Counted from the stretch's first letter, positions 10,307 to 21,589 are shown. The stretch is DNA of 64,000 bases from a virus (IMGVR_UViG_3300017971_000035:6357-70356), one strand, 5' to 3'. Notes: generated by a model not told the origin, from the sequence alone. Made by a program: numbers and translations.

Positions 10307-10786
10307 TTAACCATCCACATAAAATTTCTGATTTGATTTAAGATAAAAATCCGCGCCAGCTCTTACATCGCCATTTGCGGCAAGTTGTAAATTCTGTTTA
10401 TCTGTTTCTGAACCGATGAAACCATCATCCTGAGATTCGAAATTCGGAGCATGAAGAGTTTCAGTTGGGGTTTTATAATTCAAATTTGGATTATCCTCAA
10501 CCAGGTCGCCATCTGCATCGGCAAACGGAACTGAATGCTCTTCAAAAGTCGGTAAACTCGGACCCGGGGTTCCCCCTCCTGGGGTCGTCGCTTCGCCCGT
10601 ACTAGTTGGTGGAGTATAAACAGTTTGGCCTGCAGATTGGCCGACCGGAGTTGAGAGAACAGATCTGAGCCTATTCCAAATTGTTGCAATATCATCTTGG
10701 ATCGCCTGAAATTTATCCTTATCATCCGTAAGCATATTAAGCCTAGTCGGATGATCCGGCATTAATTTTGTGAGGGCATTAGACAT
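10307..10786 (-). CDS. Hypothetical tail-associated protein
   Basis: Likely start at 10786 (MSNALTK), overlapping the upstream gene's end, rather than 10891. Confidence 0.5.
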   Translation of the reverse strand: MSNALTKLMPDHPTRLNMLTDDKDKFQAIQDDIATIWNRLRSVLSTPVGQSAGQTVYTPPTSTGEATTPGGGTPGPSLPTFEEHSVPFADADGDLVEDNPNLNYKTPTETLHAPNFESQDDGFIGSETDKQNLQLAANGDVRAGADFYLKSNQKFYVDG

Positions 10787-13700
10787 ATTCCCTCGCAGGT
10801 ATAAGTGAAGCGCCATCATGGCTAAATACATCACGTTGATAATACTCGGCTGCTTCATCAGTGATTTTCTTGTTGTATAGCCGAAAATCAAACATTGATA
10901 AAACGAGGTCGTTCCATGTTCCTACGTAAACTTGATTGCTTGTTGAAGCTGGTAAATCAAAAGTTCCTATATCATATGATGTGACAAGACCATCTTCATC
11001 CCAAAGTTGTATTGACCCGTATATTTCTTCAACCAGTGTCGATTGGATTTTAATGATATACCATTTACTGATTTCAATATCATATTCCCAGATTAAATTT
11101 GTATTATCGTAGACTTTTATTTTTCTATCCCATGGAGGATAATCAGCATAGATATATACATGAAGTCTTTTGCCTCCTGAGATGATTTCTTTGTAGATAT
11201 CAGATGTGGCATTACTTGATGAACCACCACCATATCTAAAGCCTGTGATGATTGTTCTTCCATTAACGAGATTCAGATTATTGAATACCAGTCCTTCGCC
11301 TTGGACATCTGGTCTCCATGCTGTCCTATAAACTCCGGAGAAATCAGGACCAAAATCATCATCAAGTACCGGATTCGTATCTGCGTAAAGACCTGTGGCT
11401 CTATTTCTTCCTTTTGGAGGCTGTCTTGAAAGCCATATAGATAAATCACTCGAAAGTGCGCTTTGATAATCTGTTTCTTTTATTACGATTTCAGGTGCTA
11501 TACGGCGGCGAAGAGTATCATAATAATTTTTAATACCAACACAGCGAAGCTCTGATGCAGTACCAGATATCTCTGTCTGGATCCTGTAATCCTCAATTTG
11601 ATAAGGATGTACTATCGTGGCTTTTGGTTCGGTCGTATCAACTTGTGATTCTGCAACTGAATTGCCATTAATGTATTTCTTACAAGTTATAATCTGGGCA
11701 TCACGGAAACCATAACTATCATATCCTGAACCATCCTTGTTCGCCTCGTCTTGAGGTCTTAAATTCAGGTGTTCTTCTGTAAATCTAAGTTTAAATTCAT
11801 GGTCTTTATCAGCATGTTCTCGTAATTTAATTGACCATGTAATTTCTGTTCCATCAGTGTCTGTATACTTATCAGTCCATCTGACAGGAAGGCTTTCTAC
11901 TGAAGGAGTTTTTCTGGTGCAGATGAGCCAGGGTAAACCTTTTTCATTATCGAATGCTATTGTAATCGATGTTCCTTTTTCAGTTATGACTCTGAGATAG
12001 TTGGCCTGCAGTTCAGGAAATATCCAATCTGCTCCGGTTATCTCGGTGAATGAATATCCCTGTTGTCTTTCAATTGCTAATCTCCAGCATTTTGTTGACC
12101 TGGTTAAAGATTCGTTTACCAGATCATCTGTAGTTGTGGTTGCAAAAATAAGCAGGCCATAGAGGTTTGGTTCATAATATGCTGTAATTTCATATCTGAA
12201 TTGTTCAAACTCAGTATTGATGTGGGATCTTCCTTGTTCATCATATAAAAGATTCGGACCATACCTGGCGCCATCGAATATTCTTATTCCAGGTTCGCTT
12301 GTAATGACCAATTTCTTACCTGTCGCAAAATCAGTTACACCCTGTTTATCCATGATTCCGACATAACTGTCAACCAGGCTTAATCCTGAAAGAATTGAAA
12401 TGGCTTCTCCGACACGTTCATCTGTTATGACCTGGCTACTGTTTGTCTGTTCACGCCATGTTGAATTACTACAGTAGATAATGAGCTGATCCGGCATTTC
12501 CTGTAATTTTTTAATCGTATCTTTCACGATTTCAAATTGATAATCAGCTCTATGATGGCCGGCCAAGTACCGATACTCTGCATTCAAATTGCAATAATGA
12601 AATTGTGTTCCATCTATTTCTGCAGTTACTAAAAAACCAGGTACTGTTGCACCTAATTGACCAGAGGGCATTCCTGTCCAAAATCTACTGAGAACAGGGA
12701 AATCGGCAGAACGAGCCTCAAGATCCGTATCTGTTACATTATCGTTGAAATTTCTTCCAATGAGGTCAATTACAAGCGCCCGATCAGTTCCATCACCGCC
12801 AGTGCCATCGACTTCAAAAGTTGTGGAAGTCAGATATTTTCTGATAATATTTACATGGCCACTATCCCAGTAACATGATTTACCTTCATCGGAACTGGAT
12901 ATTGTTCCATTGGAAAGAGTTACAATATTTCCGGAACGTGTACCTGTAAGAATGGTACTCGCACCTATTGCGCATTCATTGGATCCGGAGGGTAATACAT
13001 CTGCAACATTAATTGATGTTGTGCTGTTTACCTTTACAATTTGAGTATAACTATAAGCTCCGGCTGGTGTTCTAAAATAAAGCCAACTTCCTAAATCATC
13101 AAGAGAAAATTCACCCTGGGATGCTGTGACTGCAACACCAGCATAACTCACTTTCATGCAGGCTGCTACACGGACATCCTTGAGCCATATGAAATATTGA
13201 TTATTCCTAACTGCATTTCCACCTATTCGCCAAGCAGGTCCTAATGTCAAAGTAGCGTAAACTGAAAAATGCGTTTGTCCACGTGTGGAATTATTAACGA
13301 GTGCTGGTGTGCTTCTGTTACCTAATACACCCCATATAGTAACAGCAACATATGATATTGAATCTAATTTTCCTGTGGTAGTAAAATCAGCTCCAGCATC
13401 AGGAGCTGTAGGGGAGCTAATGGCACTTACATCAACATCAGGTTCTCCTGAAGAAATTACGAGATAACCATCTGTATCAAAATTAACCTGGATATATTCA
13501 TACTCAGGAAAAGAGGCTTTTAATTCAGTTTCCATATAGGCGGCAATATCTTCCCAGGTATTCATGCCTTTCTTATAGGCAGAATAGTGAACATCACGAG
13601 TCTCAGTACCTATAGTAATACTAAAATCGGCATCACTATATCGCAGCCATGATTTAAGATAATGTCCAGTGGATTCTCTTACATCACATTTTGCAACAAG

Positions 13701-14651
13701 GTCTACATATGTTGAACCAAAGGTATAGGCAGAATCATTACCCCAGTACATCGGGCGCCACATTTCAATATAATCAATATAGTCTGTTGATTCATCAGCA
13801 CGATTACTTCCTGATTCTTTGATAATCCGTGAAGTTCCATCAGCGCGGTTTCCTGTGAGAAGACCATCCATCCAGGTATGAGTATAAATATACCTGCGGC
13901 CAAAACGATTCATTGTCGTTTCTTCATCTGTGGGCCCATAATTGGTCTCTGTGGTAATATTATTAATAGTATTTGCAACAACACTGCAATTAATCCTGAA
14001 TATCCTTATTGGATCAAGACGAGTATCGATTTTATACATTCTTCTATCGTTAAATAGAAAAACATCTTCGTCAAATTCTGCAAATGAAGATTCAGTGCTG
14101 AATGGTGTATCACCAAAACCAGTATAAATCCTGGTCATAGAAGAAAAAGTCAAATCGGTATGATAAACTTCTCTTCCACAAAGCATAAATATTTTCTGAG
14201 ATTTCTGATGCCAGTATAAAGCATTAATTCTTCCACGGAAATATCCAGTTGAAGCCCCTCCATTGGCCTGGTCACTTGCAACATCGAATTCAGTTGAACT
14301 GACGTAATTGGTTATCCAATCGCATATTCCACTATCCCATACGAAAACACCATGTTCCATATGACTTCCATTTGGAACAGTCGTAGATGAAAGTGTAATT
14401 CTATTGCCGACTTTTGTCGCAGCATGGGCTGAGTCACCACCCTGGGCAAGGATCCCGTTGGTACTGAGTCTGGCATTACCAGGTCTTATAAAGAATTGGT
14501 CACCAAAGAGAAGTGCGTTTATAGCTTCAGCTACACCACCCTTTGGTAATTCTGTTGCGGGAATATCTTTATAAAGTGAAGTAAATACTTCCTGTTCCCA
14601 TGGAGTAATGGGATCGGCCCTTTTGGGTACTGGCTTTTTTAAGAACTTCAT
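10779..14651 (-). CDS. Tail nozzle/stabilisation protein (tail tubular B or P22 gp10-like) with C-terminal LamG-like domain
   Basis: 1290 aa and beta-rich; follows the adaptor-sized gene; C-terminus has FDFRLYNKKIT. Call is mainly from synteny. Confidence 0.5.
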   Translation of the reverse strand: MKFLKKPVPKRADPITPWEQEVFTSLYKDIPATELPKGGVAEAINALLFGDQFFIRPGNARLSTNGILAQGGDSAHAATKVGNRITLSSTTVPNGSHMEHGVFVWDSGICDWITNYVSSTEFDVASDQANGGASTGYFRGRINALYWHQKSQKIFMLCGREVYHTDLTFSSMTRIYTGFGDTPFSTESSFAEFDEDVFLFNDRRMYKIDTRLDPIRIFRINCSVVANTINNITTETNYGPTDEETTMNRFGRRYIYTHTWMDGLLTGNRADGTSRIIKESGSNRADESTDYIDYIEMWRPMYWGNDSAYTFGSTYVDLVAKCDVRESTGHYLKSWLRYSDADFSITIGTETRDVHYSAYKKGMNTWEDIAAYMETELKASFPEYEYIQVNFDTDGYLVISSGEPDVDVSAISSPTAPDAGADFTTTGKLDSISYVAVTIWGVLGNRSTPALVNNSTRGQTHFSVYATLTLGPAWRIGGNAVRNNQYFIWLKDVRVAACMKVSYAGVAVTASQGEFSLDDLGSWLYFRTPAGAYSYTQIVKVNSTTSINVADVLPSGSNECAIGASTILTGTRSGNIVTLSNGTISSSDEGKSCYWDSGHVNIIRKYLTSTTFEVDGTGGDGTDRALVIDLIGRNFNDNVTDTDLEARSADFPVLSRFWTGMPSGQLGATVPGFLVTAEIDGTQFHYCNLNAEYRYLAGHHRADYQFEIVKDTIKKLQEMPDQLIIYCSNSTWREQTNSSQVITDERVGEAISILSGLSLVDSYVGIMDKQGVTDFATGKKLVITSEPGIRIFDGARYGPNLLYDEQGRSHINTEFEQFRYEITAYYEPNLYGLLIFATTTTDDLVNESLTRSTKCWRLAIERQQGYSFTEITGADWIFPELQANYLRVITEKGTSITIAFDNEKGLPWLICTRKTPSVESLPVRWTDKYTDTDGTEITWSIKLREHADKDHEFKLRFTEEHLNLRPQDEANKDGSGYDSYGFRDAQIITCKKYINGNSVAESQVDTTEPKATIVHPYQIEDYRIQTEISGTASELRCVGIKNYYDTLRRRIAPEIVIKETDYQSALSSDLSIWLSRQPPKGRNRATGLYADTNPVLDDDFGPDFSGVYRTAWRPDVQGEGLVFNNLNLVNGRTIITGFRYGGGSSSNATSDIYKEIISGGKRLHVYIYADYPPWDRKIKVYDNTNLIWEYDIEISKWYIIKIQSTLVEEIYGSIQLWDEDGLVTSYDIGTFDLPASTSNQVYVGTWNDLVLSMFDFRLYNKKITDEAAEYYQRDVFSHDGASLIPAREYV

Positions 14652-15355
14652 TCTTCATTTCTGGTAATCGTATAGGTGAGCCCTTGCTCCCCTTCATTCA
14701 TCTCAGCCTGAAACTGCTTCTGATAATTTTCTTTGATGAAGGCGAGGGCTTCTATCCAATTCCCATTCTGATGTGCTTCGAGCAGTTTAAGGGCTGTTGG
14801 AATTAAAATAGTGAGATGATGTTGTTCAGGAATTTGAGTTTCGATTCCTTCTGAAAGCAATTCCGCTGGTTTCTTATAAGCCAGTATGTGATAAACATCA
14901 GTTGTGTCTCCTGGATTTAAAGTAAACCTAACTTTTGGATGGATACCACGAATCGCATCTTCCGTATGGATTTGATAGAATCTATAATATTCGATTCCAT
15001 TATATTCCATAAGTTGATGAGGCTGTCTGAGATTAGGCTGCAAATTATATTCAACTTGCAAAGCCTGTCTTAAAGTATTGGCAAATGGAGCCCTTACCAG
15101 AACCTGGGCCACACGCCAGACATCAACAGATAATCCGGTAGTGGCCTGGTTCATGGTATATTCATATATACTATCAGAGGTTGAAAATTTTGGGAGATAT
15201 CCATCAGAGCCAAAAACCATTGACTGTTCATTTTCCTGTAACAATAATAGATTCTGAGCATCTTCAAGAATCTGAATAAGACTCTTATCACCAGTCCGAT
15301 CCCAGGACTGAGCGTTCATTTTCAGAATATCTATTAATCGTTTGGTACTAGGCAT
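14648..15355 (-). CDS. Head-tail adaptor (tail tubular A-like)
   Basis: 235 aa between the capsid and nozzle genes; contains an IPEQHH motif of adaptor type. Confidence 0.5.
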   Translation of the reverse strand: MPSTKRLIDILKMNAQSWDRTGDKSLIQILEDAQNLLLLQENEQSMVFGSDGYLPKFSTSDSIYEYTMNQATTGLSVDVWRVAQVLVRAPFANTLRQALQVEYNLQPNLRQPHQLMEYNGIEYYRFYQIHTEDAIRGIHPKVRFTLNPGDTTDVYHILAYKKPAELLSEGIETQIPEQHHLTILIPTALKLLEAHQNGNWIEALAFIKENYQKQFQAEMNEGEQGLTYTITRNEE

Positions 15356-16118
15356 TTATCAGTTCCGGTGCTCCTGTGGTTTCCTTTTTGATTGTTTCTA
15401 CTGAACCAATCGGAGCTGGTTCTTCACCAGCATCAGTTTTCTCAGGTTCAGTTTCAGATTTCTCGGCTGTACTTACCATTTCAGCCTTCATTTCCTCTGG
15501 ACCAGGATCTTCTTTGGATTCAATGGCTGCAACAGCTTCCTGAATTTCATTTTCCTTTTTGATTTCTTCGGCCTTTACTTCCACCAGTTTATCCTTTTGG
15601 GCCTGGAGGAATGCCATCTGTGCATCAATATCCTGGATACTGTCATCGGTTGTAATCTTATCAACAACAGGACCTTTTTTCTGAACTGTCTTTGTCGGAT
15701 TTGCCTTGTGGTATTTATACCTGGCATGGATATCGGCATAGAGTTCAGGATCCTGGATGATGAAGAAATTCTCTTCCCAATGAGAAGCCAGGAGATCACG
15801 ATTGTAACCTGTTTTTGAGAAGTACCCAGGCCCGGGATCATCATAGAGCCAGCAAATAAATTCTCTTTCGCTGTAATCAAATTCAAATACCATTGATTCG
15901 CCGCGGACTTCCCTGAAGTCAAATTTGGGCAGGCCCATTCCGTCCACACCCTTCTTATATCCTATGAGGGTTACAGCTCCGCAGATACTTATTTTTCTCT
16001 GCATTTGGCCGATCCTGTCACGATGAAGATAAATCTTCATAAACTTGTGACCGGCCCTTCTAGCTTCAATGAGTTGATTAAAGCTAGGGTCGTTTACATT
16101 CTGAATCATACTCTGCAT
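15348..16118 (-). CDS. Hypothetical protein downstream of the major capsid gene
   Basis: AAGGAG SD supports a start at 16118 (MQSMIQ); acidic C-terminal tail. Confidence 0.6.
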   Translation of the reverse strand: MQSMIQNVNDPSFNQLIEARRAGHKFMKIYLHRDRIGQMQRKISICGAVTLIGYKKGVDGMGLPKFDFREVRGESMVFEFDYSEREFICWLYDDPGPGYFSKTGYNRDLLASHWEENFFIIQDPELYADIHARYKYHKANPTKTVQKKGPVVDKITTDDSIQDIDAQMAFLQAQKDKLVEVKAEEIKKENEIQEAVAAIESKEDPGPEEMKAEMVSTAEKSETEPEKTDAGEEPAPIGSVETIKKETTGAPELINA

Positions 16119-16140
16119 TTTTATCTCCTTTATGGTTATA

Positions 16141-16166
16141 TGGAGGGGGATTTTACCCCCCCTCCA
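16141..16166 (-). terminator. GC-rich hairpin after the major capsid gene
   Basis: TGGAGGGGG...CCCCCTCCA inverted repeat. The U-tract is weak, so it may be leaky or stabilising. Confidence 0.5.
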
Positions 16167-16183
16167 CAATTATACGGCGCGGA

Positions 16184-17425
16184 CTAATAAGCCCATCTGT
16201 TCATGATACAGACCATCGAGCCGTAATATTCGATGGAAGTATCAGTCGGTGATGTCTGATCATAAGTAAGCATCTGAATGCCCCTTACGCCAGCATAACC
16301 AGTTCCCAGGATCCGGCCATAGTCATCCTCGTGTTTGACCATGTGCATTTTTTCAGGCTCCCACTTTACGAGGGCTCCCTTTCCATGCAGGATACCAGCA
16401 TCCCTGGTATTGGCATTGGAATAGTTCCTGTTGTCCACATCACCGGCAACCACATACCCCGGTGTCAGAGTATAAGGATTGGTACCGGCCGGAAGCAGCG
16501 TTGACAGCTTCGGGTCAACAGTAACATAAATGCAAACACCGATGGAGGTCATGAACTTGCCAATTACTCCATACCAGTTCTGAATCTTCTCGGAGAGCTG
16601 GGCAATTGATGTCCAGACTGCACCGTGAGATGCAGTAAGATTCGGATCGGTATAAATCGATGCGTTCAAAGGGCTGATTGTCAGGATATAGGCATCTTCC
16701 CCGCCGATTTGCAGAGGTTTCAGCTTTTTATCCAGGGCCCTCAGTGCGATTTTGTTCAGCATCCTGAACGTGGCCGCACCAGCCTGGGTCTGTGTCAGGG
16801 AGCCTCCGACAGAAACGATGGAAGTAACAATGTTATTCACAAAGTCACTGGCGGTCGAATCATATGCCGGCTGATTGGTTGTAGTGGCACCTTGAACGAA
16901 GAAATGGGGATTCCAATGCTGAGTGATGACGCCCGAAAGGTCGCCAGCAATCATATCAGAAGGGTAACGTCTGAGCAGGGCTTCACGAATTTCGTATCCC
17001 TCCTGCTGCCGCGCATGGTCGCCGAGCTCTTTGATGTGAGCATCAAAAAGTCCGTACGGCTTCTGATCCAGGGCTCTGGTATTATAAGTCTCAGTGCGAA
17101 CCGCAAACTTATAGTTGTTCCGATAGATGGTACCAGCGATGGTATCCGGTTCTACTTCGTTTCCGAGTAGTCGGTCGTTACCGGTAACAACAGAACCAGC
17201 GAGAGGCCTTTTGAACGTAACGGTAATCTGACGATTTCCGACATTCTCAGTTCCCTCAACCTGAGCATAGATTGCATTGGGTAGTGCCTGTTCGGTCTTG
17301 TTATACAAGCCCTGAACATTCACATAAATATCCTTCAGCTTGGCACGAAAACGAAGCCTCTTCGCATAGCCTTGAACTCGTGACGCTGCAGGAAGCTGTG
17401 TTACAGCCGCAATTGTTGCAGTCAT
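16184..17425 (-). CDS. Major capsid protein (N4-gp56/DUF4043-like)
   Basis: 413 aa after the scaffold gene with a strong AAGGAG SD. VTGNDRLLGNE, LKPLQIGGEDAYIL and EDDYG resemble this MCP family. Confidence 0.75.
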   Translation of the reverse strand: MTATIAAVTQLPAASRVQGYAKRLRFRAKLKDIYVNVQGLYNKTEQALPNAIYAQVEGTENVGNRQITVTFKRPLAGSVVTGNDRLLGNEVEPDTIAGTIYRNNYKFAVRTETYNTRALDQKPYGLFDAHIKELGDHARQQEGYEIREALLRRYPSDMIAGDLSGVITQHWNPHFFVQGATTTNQPAYDSTASDFVNNIVTSIVSVGGSLTQTQAGAATFRMLNKIALRALDKKLKPLQIGGEDAYILTISPLNASIYTDPNLTASHGAVWTSIAQLSEKIQNWYGVIGKFMTSIGVCIYVTVDPKLSTLLPAGTNPYTLTPGYVVAGDVDNRNYSNANTRDAGILHGKGALVKWEPEKMHMVKHEDDYGRILGTGYAGVRGIQMLTYDQTSPTDTSIEYYGSMVCIMNRWAY

Positions 17426-17477
17426 AGTATGCTCCTTAATTTAAGTTCACGCTTCTTGCGTTAGGCCATTTCGGCAA

Positions 17478-18860
17478 TCATTCACCAGTAACATCAGACT
17501 CTTGAATTGGGGAATGTCCCAATTTAACAAGAGCTTTGTTATACTCGGTAACGAGAGGGTCTTTGAAATTTTTCTTGGCCCTATCGTAAATTTCATCTTC
17601 TGAAAATTGTCTGAGAACTTCATCTGCCCTTTCTTTAGGCATATCGCCAACGTCATCTTTCCGGTGACCGTCTTCAAGTTCAACCGGATTCTGGCGGCGG
17701 TTCATAGCATCAAGCATTTCTTTGGTGGCTATTTTCTGAGCTTTCAAAATTTCTTCAGCTCTCATTCCACGTTCATCCTGAATATGAGCCCACGCTGAAG
17801 ACATGCTTGGAAATCTGACTTCCTTACCCTGAGAGTCCTTCATTATTTCCCACTCTCCGGTAGTTTTATTAAGGACATATCCCATCTTCACAGCATTAAT
17901 TTCGCTGAGGAGGACAAATTTACGAAGCCATTCCGGTTCTTGTAAACCTTTGGCCTGGACTGTTTCAGATAGATGAGGACTGCCTGCGAGGTACTTCTGC
18001 ATGGCGATCTCAGTATCTTCAGGAGTGACATCATTCAAGTTTTTTGAGAAATATATAGAAGCAATCTCGCAGGCAAAATCAGTATACTGTGTATCCATTT
18101 CGCTGTATTTGGGGCCCTCAAATTCCGGTTTGTCTTCACGGAACTTGTCAATCATTTCGAACATTTTGTTTTGCTCGGTTTCTTTGGCAGCGCTTTTGCG
18201 TTCGAGTTCCTGTTCCTGTTTCATCTGATTGAGCTGGGCATCTTGTTTCTTCAGAATCTCTGCACTTCTGGCATTAACCAGGGAAGTCAGTTTCAAAGAA
18301 TAAGAGTTCAACGTGCGCAGACTTTTCATGTACTTATCCTGGTCGATTTCCAGGTCGATGCCATTCATTTCGGCTTCGAGAGATTTGATTTCATTCTGCA
18401 CTTTTTCGATTTCTTTGTCTGCCTGGGTAACAGTTTCCTGTTGATCATCATTGGACTTACCCTGTTTTAATTCCTCAATCTGGGCCTGCAGATCCTGCAT
18501 CTTCTGATTGGTGTCTGTAATGACACGATCCCTCTGTTCGATAAGGGTGTCAATACGATTCTGCATTATCTGTTTTTCATCGGGAGGTTCTTTCTTTCCT
18601 GAATCGGCACTCTGGTTTCCGGCACCCTGGTTTCCTTCCTGACCGACCGGTGGCTCCTGATTTCCGTTCTGGTCATCTTGACCATCTCCATCACCTTCCT
18701 TATACTCAGGATCGATATCAGCTTCCATGATATCTATGAGTTTTTGCTCATTTTCTTTTTCCCACTCCTCAAGGTTTACACCGGTAGGAGCCTCTTCAGG
18801 TTCAGGAACCGCAGCGATGGCAGCTTGCCTGTCCTCTTCTGATTTGAATTTTAATGGCAT
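17478..18860 (-). CDS. Capsid scaffolding protein
   Basis: Very acidic coiled-coil protein of 460 aa between portal and MCP. Confidence 0.7.
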   Translation of the reverse strand: MPLKFKSEEDRQAAIAAVPEPEEAPTGVNLEEWEKENEQKLIDIMEADIDPEYKEGDGDGQDDQNGNQEPPVGQEGNQGAGNQSADSGKKEPPDEKQIMQNRIDTLIEQRDRVITDTNQKMQDLQAQIEELKQGKSNDDQQETVTQADKEIEKVQNEIKSLEAEMNGIDLEIDQDKYMKSLRTLNSYSLKLTSLVNARSAEILKKQDAQLNQMKQEQELERKSAAKETEQNKMFEMIDKFREDKPEFEGPKYSEMDTQYTDFACEIASIYFSKNLNDVTPEDTEIAMQKYLAGSPHLSETVQAKGLQEPEWLRKFVLLSEINAVKMGYVLNKTTGEWEIMKDSQGKEVRFPSMSSAWAHIQDERGMRAEEILKAQKIATKEMLDAMNRRQNPVELEDGHRKDDVGDMPKERADEVLRQFSEDEIYDRAKKNFKDPLVTEYNKALVKLGHSPIQESDVTGE

Positions 18861-18877
18861 GACTTTCTCCTTTATGG

Positions 18878-20932
18878 TTATACCCTATCAGCAGGCATTG
18901 GAAGTTCCAATATTTCCTGTCCTTGGGGCAAAGAGGCCTCTTCAACTGGAAGCTCCTGGGGAACTTCATCTTCCGGAACCTGCTGAGTCGGAACTTCAGG
19001 CTGTTGGCCTAATTGAGCCATAAGCTGTTGAAGTCCGACCTGGGCCTGGGCGCCGGCAAAATCGGCCTGTTTTGACTGTGAAATAAGATTGGCAATCTCA
19101 GTCTGAATCTTGGTCTTGTCTCTTATTTTCTGCAGCGCAGAGATTTCTTTAAGCCGTTGTTTGTGTTCCTCATCCAGATCCATTGTCTCAAGCAGCAATT
19201 CAAAAAAGAAAGAAGCATATTCTGGATTGGTCTGAGTGGATAAATTGTAAAGTTCTGAGAAAATGGCCCTGTCTCTTATTTTCCTGTTTGGAGCTGATCT
19301 GGACTCAGTAGCTATGACATGACACCTGGGCATCATATCAGGCCGATTCTGGATGTAAACCTTCCCATTTGAAGGATTATAGACCCTCTTATTAAGAACA
19401 GTTTCACGGCTACCATCAGATGTTGACATTGTACGTTCAGGTCCATTATACGCCAGTTGGAATTGATGATAATAGGCTTCAGCACATTTCTTCATAAAAT
19501 CTCGAATCCTGTTTACCAGGGTGATTGTGTTTACCCGGGCAACCTGTAACTTCCTTTCAAAAAGGACACCAGACTCATTCGGATTATCTGAAATGGCCTC
19601 AAGCGCGGCCGGTACCTTCGAAACTCTGTCAACGATATCCCACATTCTCATAAGCTGATTGATGATCTCAGCCGGGTACTGAGCAGAATTGATATATTCA
19701 ATTGTTTTCCCTTTTACCATTTCATCACCATTAACAAATTCCGTATAGGAAGGATCATTGGCCCTTTCCAGGAATCGTTTCATGGCTTTCGGATCGAGGA
19801 AGAGATCCTTGTTGACCAATTTGCCGCCGCCTGTAGCGACTGAAATGAGGTCGGTGAGTTTAGATTCTCTTTTGTTGATAGTTTGCTGAATATCAACGAG
19901 GTCATCGACAATGCCTTTGTTTTGACCAAAAGCTCGATTAGCGGTGAGCTGGATGTAAGGCAGCCGCCGTATCTGAGTTTTTGAGGTTCCTTTTTCAAGG
20001 CATTTGTCATGAACGATATCCGGTGCAATTGTTTTGAGTTTATGGATTCTGTCAGTATAGGGTGTCTCAAGTATCGTGAATGGGTCAATATGATTGGTCA
20101 GCATGTAATGTTCTTTGGCCGCTTTATCAGTTGTTATCGGAAAAGTTATGTACCTCGTTGAATCAAGCCGCTGTCCTATGAGTCTTGTAGTTTCCAGGTT
20201 CTCCATATAGTGATGTTCAATAACCCTGTGGAGATGACCTTTTCTCATTAGAAGAACGAGTTCATTTGGATTCCTGGTTTGCTCGTAATAGCGGAAACCT
20301 GTCTTCCTGTGCTCAAGAACCTCCTGTTCCAATAAAGGGTTGGAAATATCATATCGACGCATGATTTCTTCTGCTGATAGATGAAAGATTTCATAAGCAT
20401 TTTCACATTCATCATCTTCATCTGATATCCAGTATGGATCAAAAACAACAAATCCTGGTTCCATCCGACGCATTACGATATTGAATAATGGATCATGCCG
20501 GTCACTCATTTGGACTTTCAGGACACCCAGATAAATCAAAGCATCCCTGATGACAGCTTCAAAATTCTTCGGGTAATTAGCTATTTCACTGTCAACATAA
20601 TATCCGGTTTTCAAAGATTCAGTTAAAGAGTTCCTTATACCGTCCATTGGCTTCCAATCCAAGTCCGTTTCCTCTTGCATGAGGGATCCAGCCATTGCAT
20701 CCACCTTGGGCCCGATAATATTGAATTGAGCTGCATGACGATTTTGGCCAATTAATTTGTTCCTGGTCAAATCCTTCCATTGAGTACCATCTACAGCGAA
20801 ATAATTTTTCCAGTTCCAGTAACATCGTTCTCTATTTTTCTCATCAGCTCGGATTGCAAATTCACAATCAGAAAGAGTAATGAGAACTTCTTCCTGGGAA
20901 GTGGTAACTATTTGTGGAAGGATACTAGGCAA
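18878..20932 (-). CDS. Portal protein (P22-like)
   Basis: G.QW, FNIIGPKV, VVFDP, GIVDDLVDIQQTINKRES and ESGVL motifs, plus a Q-rich tail. Probable TTG start at 20932 after AGGAGG. Confidence 0.85.
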   Translation of the reverse strand: MPSILPQIVTTSQEEVLITLSDCEFAIRADEKNRERCYWNWKNYFAVDGTQWKDLTRNKLIGQNRHAAQFNIIGPKVDAMAGSLMQEETDLDWKPMDGIRNSLTESLKTGYYVDSEIANYPKNFEAVIRDALIYLGVLKVQMSDRHDPLFNIVMRRMEPGFVVFDPYWISDEDDECENAYEIFHLSAEEIMRRYDISNPLLEQEVLEHRKTGFRYYEQTRNPNELVLLMRKGHLHRVIEHHYMENLETTRLIGQRLDSTRYITFPITTDKAAKEHYMLTNHIDPFTILETPYTDRIHKLKTIAPDIVHDKCLEKGTSKTQIRRLPYIQLTANRAFGQNKGIVDDLVDIQQTINKRESKLTDLISVATGGGKLVNKDLFLDPKAMKRFLERANDPSYTEFVNGDEMVKGKTIEYINSAQYPAEIINQLMRMWDIVDRVSKVPAALEAISDNPNESGVLFERKLQVARVNTITLVNRIRDFMKKCAEAYYHQFQLAYNGPERTMSTSDGSRETVLNKRVYNPSNGKVYIQNRPDMMPRCHVIATESRSAPNRKIRDRAIFSELYNLSTQTNPEYASFFFELLLETMDLDEEHKQRLKEISALQKIRDKTKIQTEIANLISQSKQADFAGAQAQVGLQQLMAQLGQQPEVPTQQVPEDEVPQELPVEEASLPQGQEILELPMPADRV

Positions 20933-21200
20933 CCTTTTTCCTCCTACTAATAAAGTCACCTATAGCAATACCAGGTACCGGTTCGAGATTAAAGTTGGTA
21001 TCAATATCTATCTCAGTGACTTTTGATCTGACATTGTTGAAATAGATTGGCTTTTTGCCCCTAAAAAGTTCAATCCTTAACCACCTGTGTTCGCCACAGA
21101 AAATATCAATTTCCTTGTTTCCAAGTAGTAGTAGTATTTTTTTGTGGGGGTGGTCCGAAGATTTGGGGCAGTAAATGGCTCTTCGGTTTAGATTACCCAT
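20925..21200 (-). CDS. Hypothetical protein, possibly metal-binding
   Basis: 91 aa with C..H..C..H residues, directly upstream of the portal gene. Confidence 0.5.
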   Translation of the reverse strand: MGNLNRRAIYCPKSSDHPHKKILLLLGNKEIDIFCGEHRWLRIELFRGKKPIYFNNVRSKVTEIDIDTNFNLEPVPGIAIGDFISRRKKVA

Positions 21201-21217
21201 TGATTATTATATTATAT

Positions 21218-21589
21218 TCATTCGTCCTGGATATCAAGTATTTTCGATGCAGCATATGGAAAAGACCTGTCAATATAATAAACTAATATACCTAGTTTCT
21301 CAATATGATCCAGCACTTTCAGGTTTCCACCAGCATAAATATCACAATTGTGCGAATTCCATTCTTTTTCCGTAAGTTTCCCGAAATGAGTTTTATTTAC
21401 CTGCACTGACATATTTTCATTGCAGACACATTTCTCAATGACTCTGCAACAAAAGGACAGGGGGAAACGCCTTTCAGGATAATCAAGCATCATCACCACA
21501 ACCTTTTCAAACTTATGAAGGAGTTTTTGAATACTGGCTATATGACCTGGGTGAGGCGGGTCAAATCTACCTGAAAATAAACATTTCAT
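21218..21589 (-). CDS. Cytidylyltransferase-like (HxGH) nucleotidyltransferase
   Basis: GRFDPPHPGH at the N-terminus and YAASKI at the C-terminus; TagD/CoaD-like size. Confidence 0.8.
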   Translation of the reverse strand: MKCLFSGRFDPPHPGHIASIQKLLHKFEKVVVMMLDYPERRFPLSFCCRVIEKCVCNENMSVQVNKTHFGKLTEKEWNSHNCDIYAGGNLKVLDHIEKLGILVYYIDRSFPYAASKILDIQDE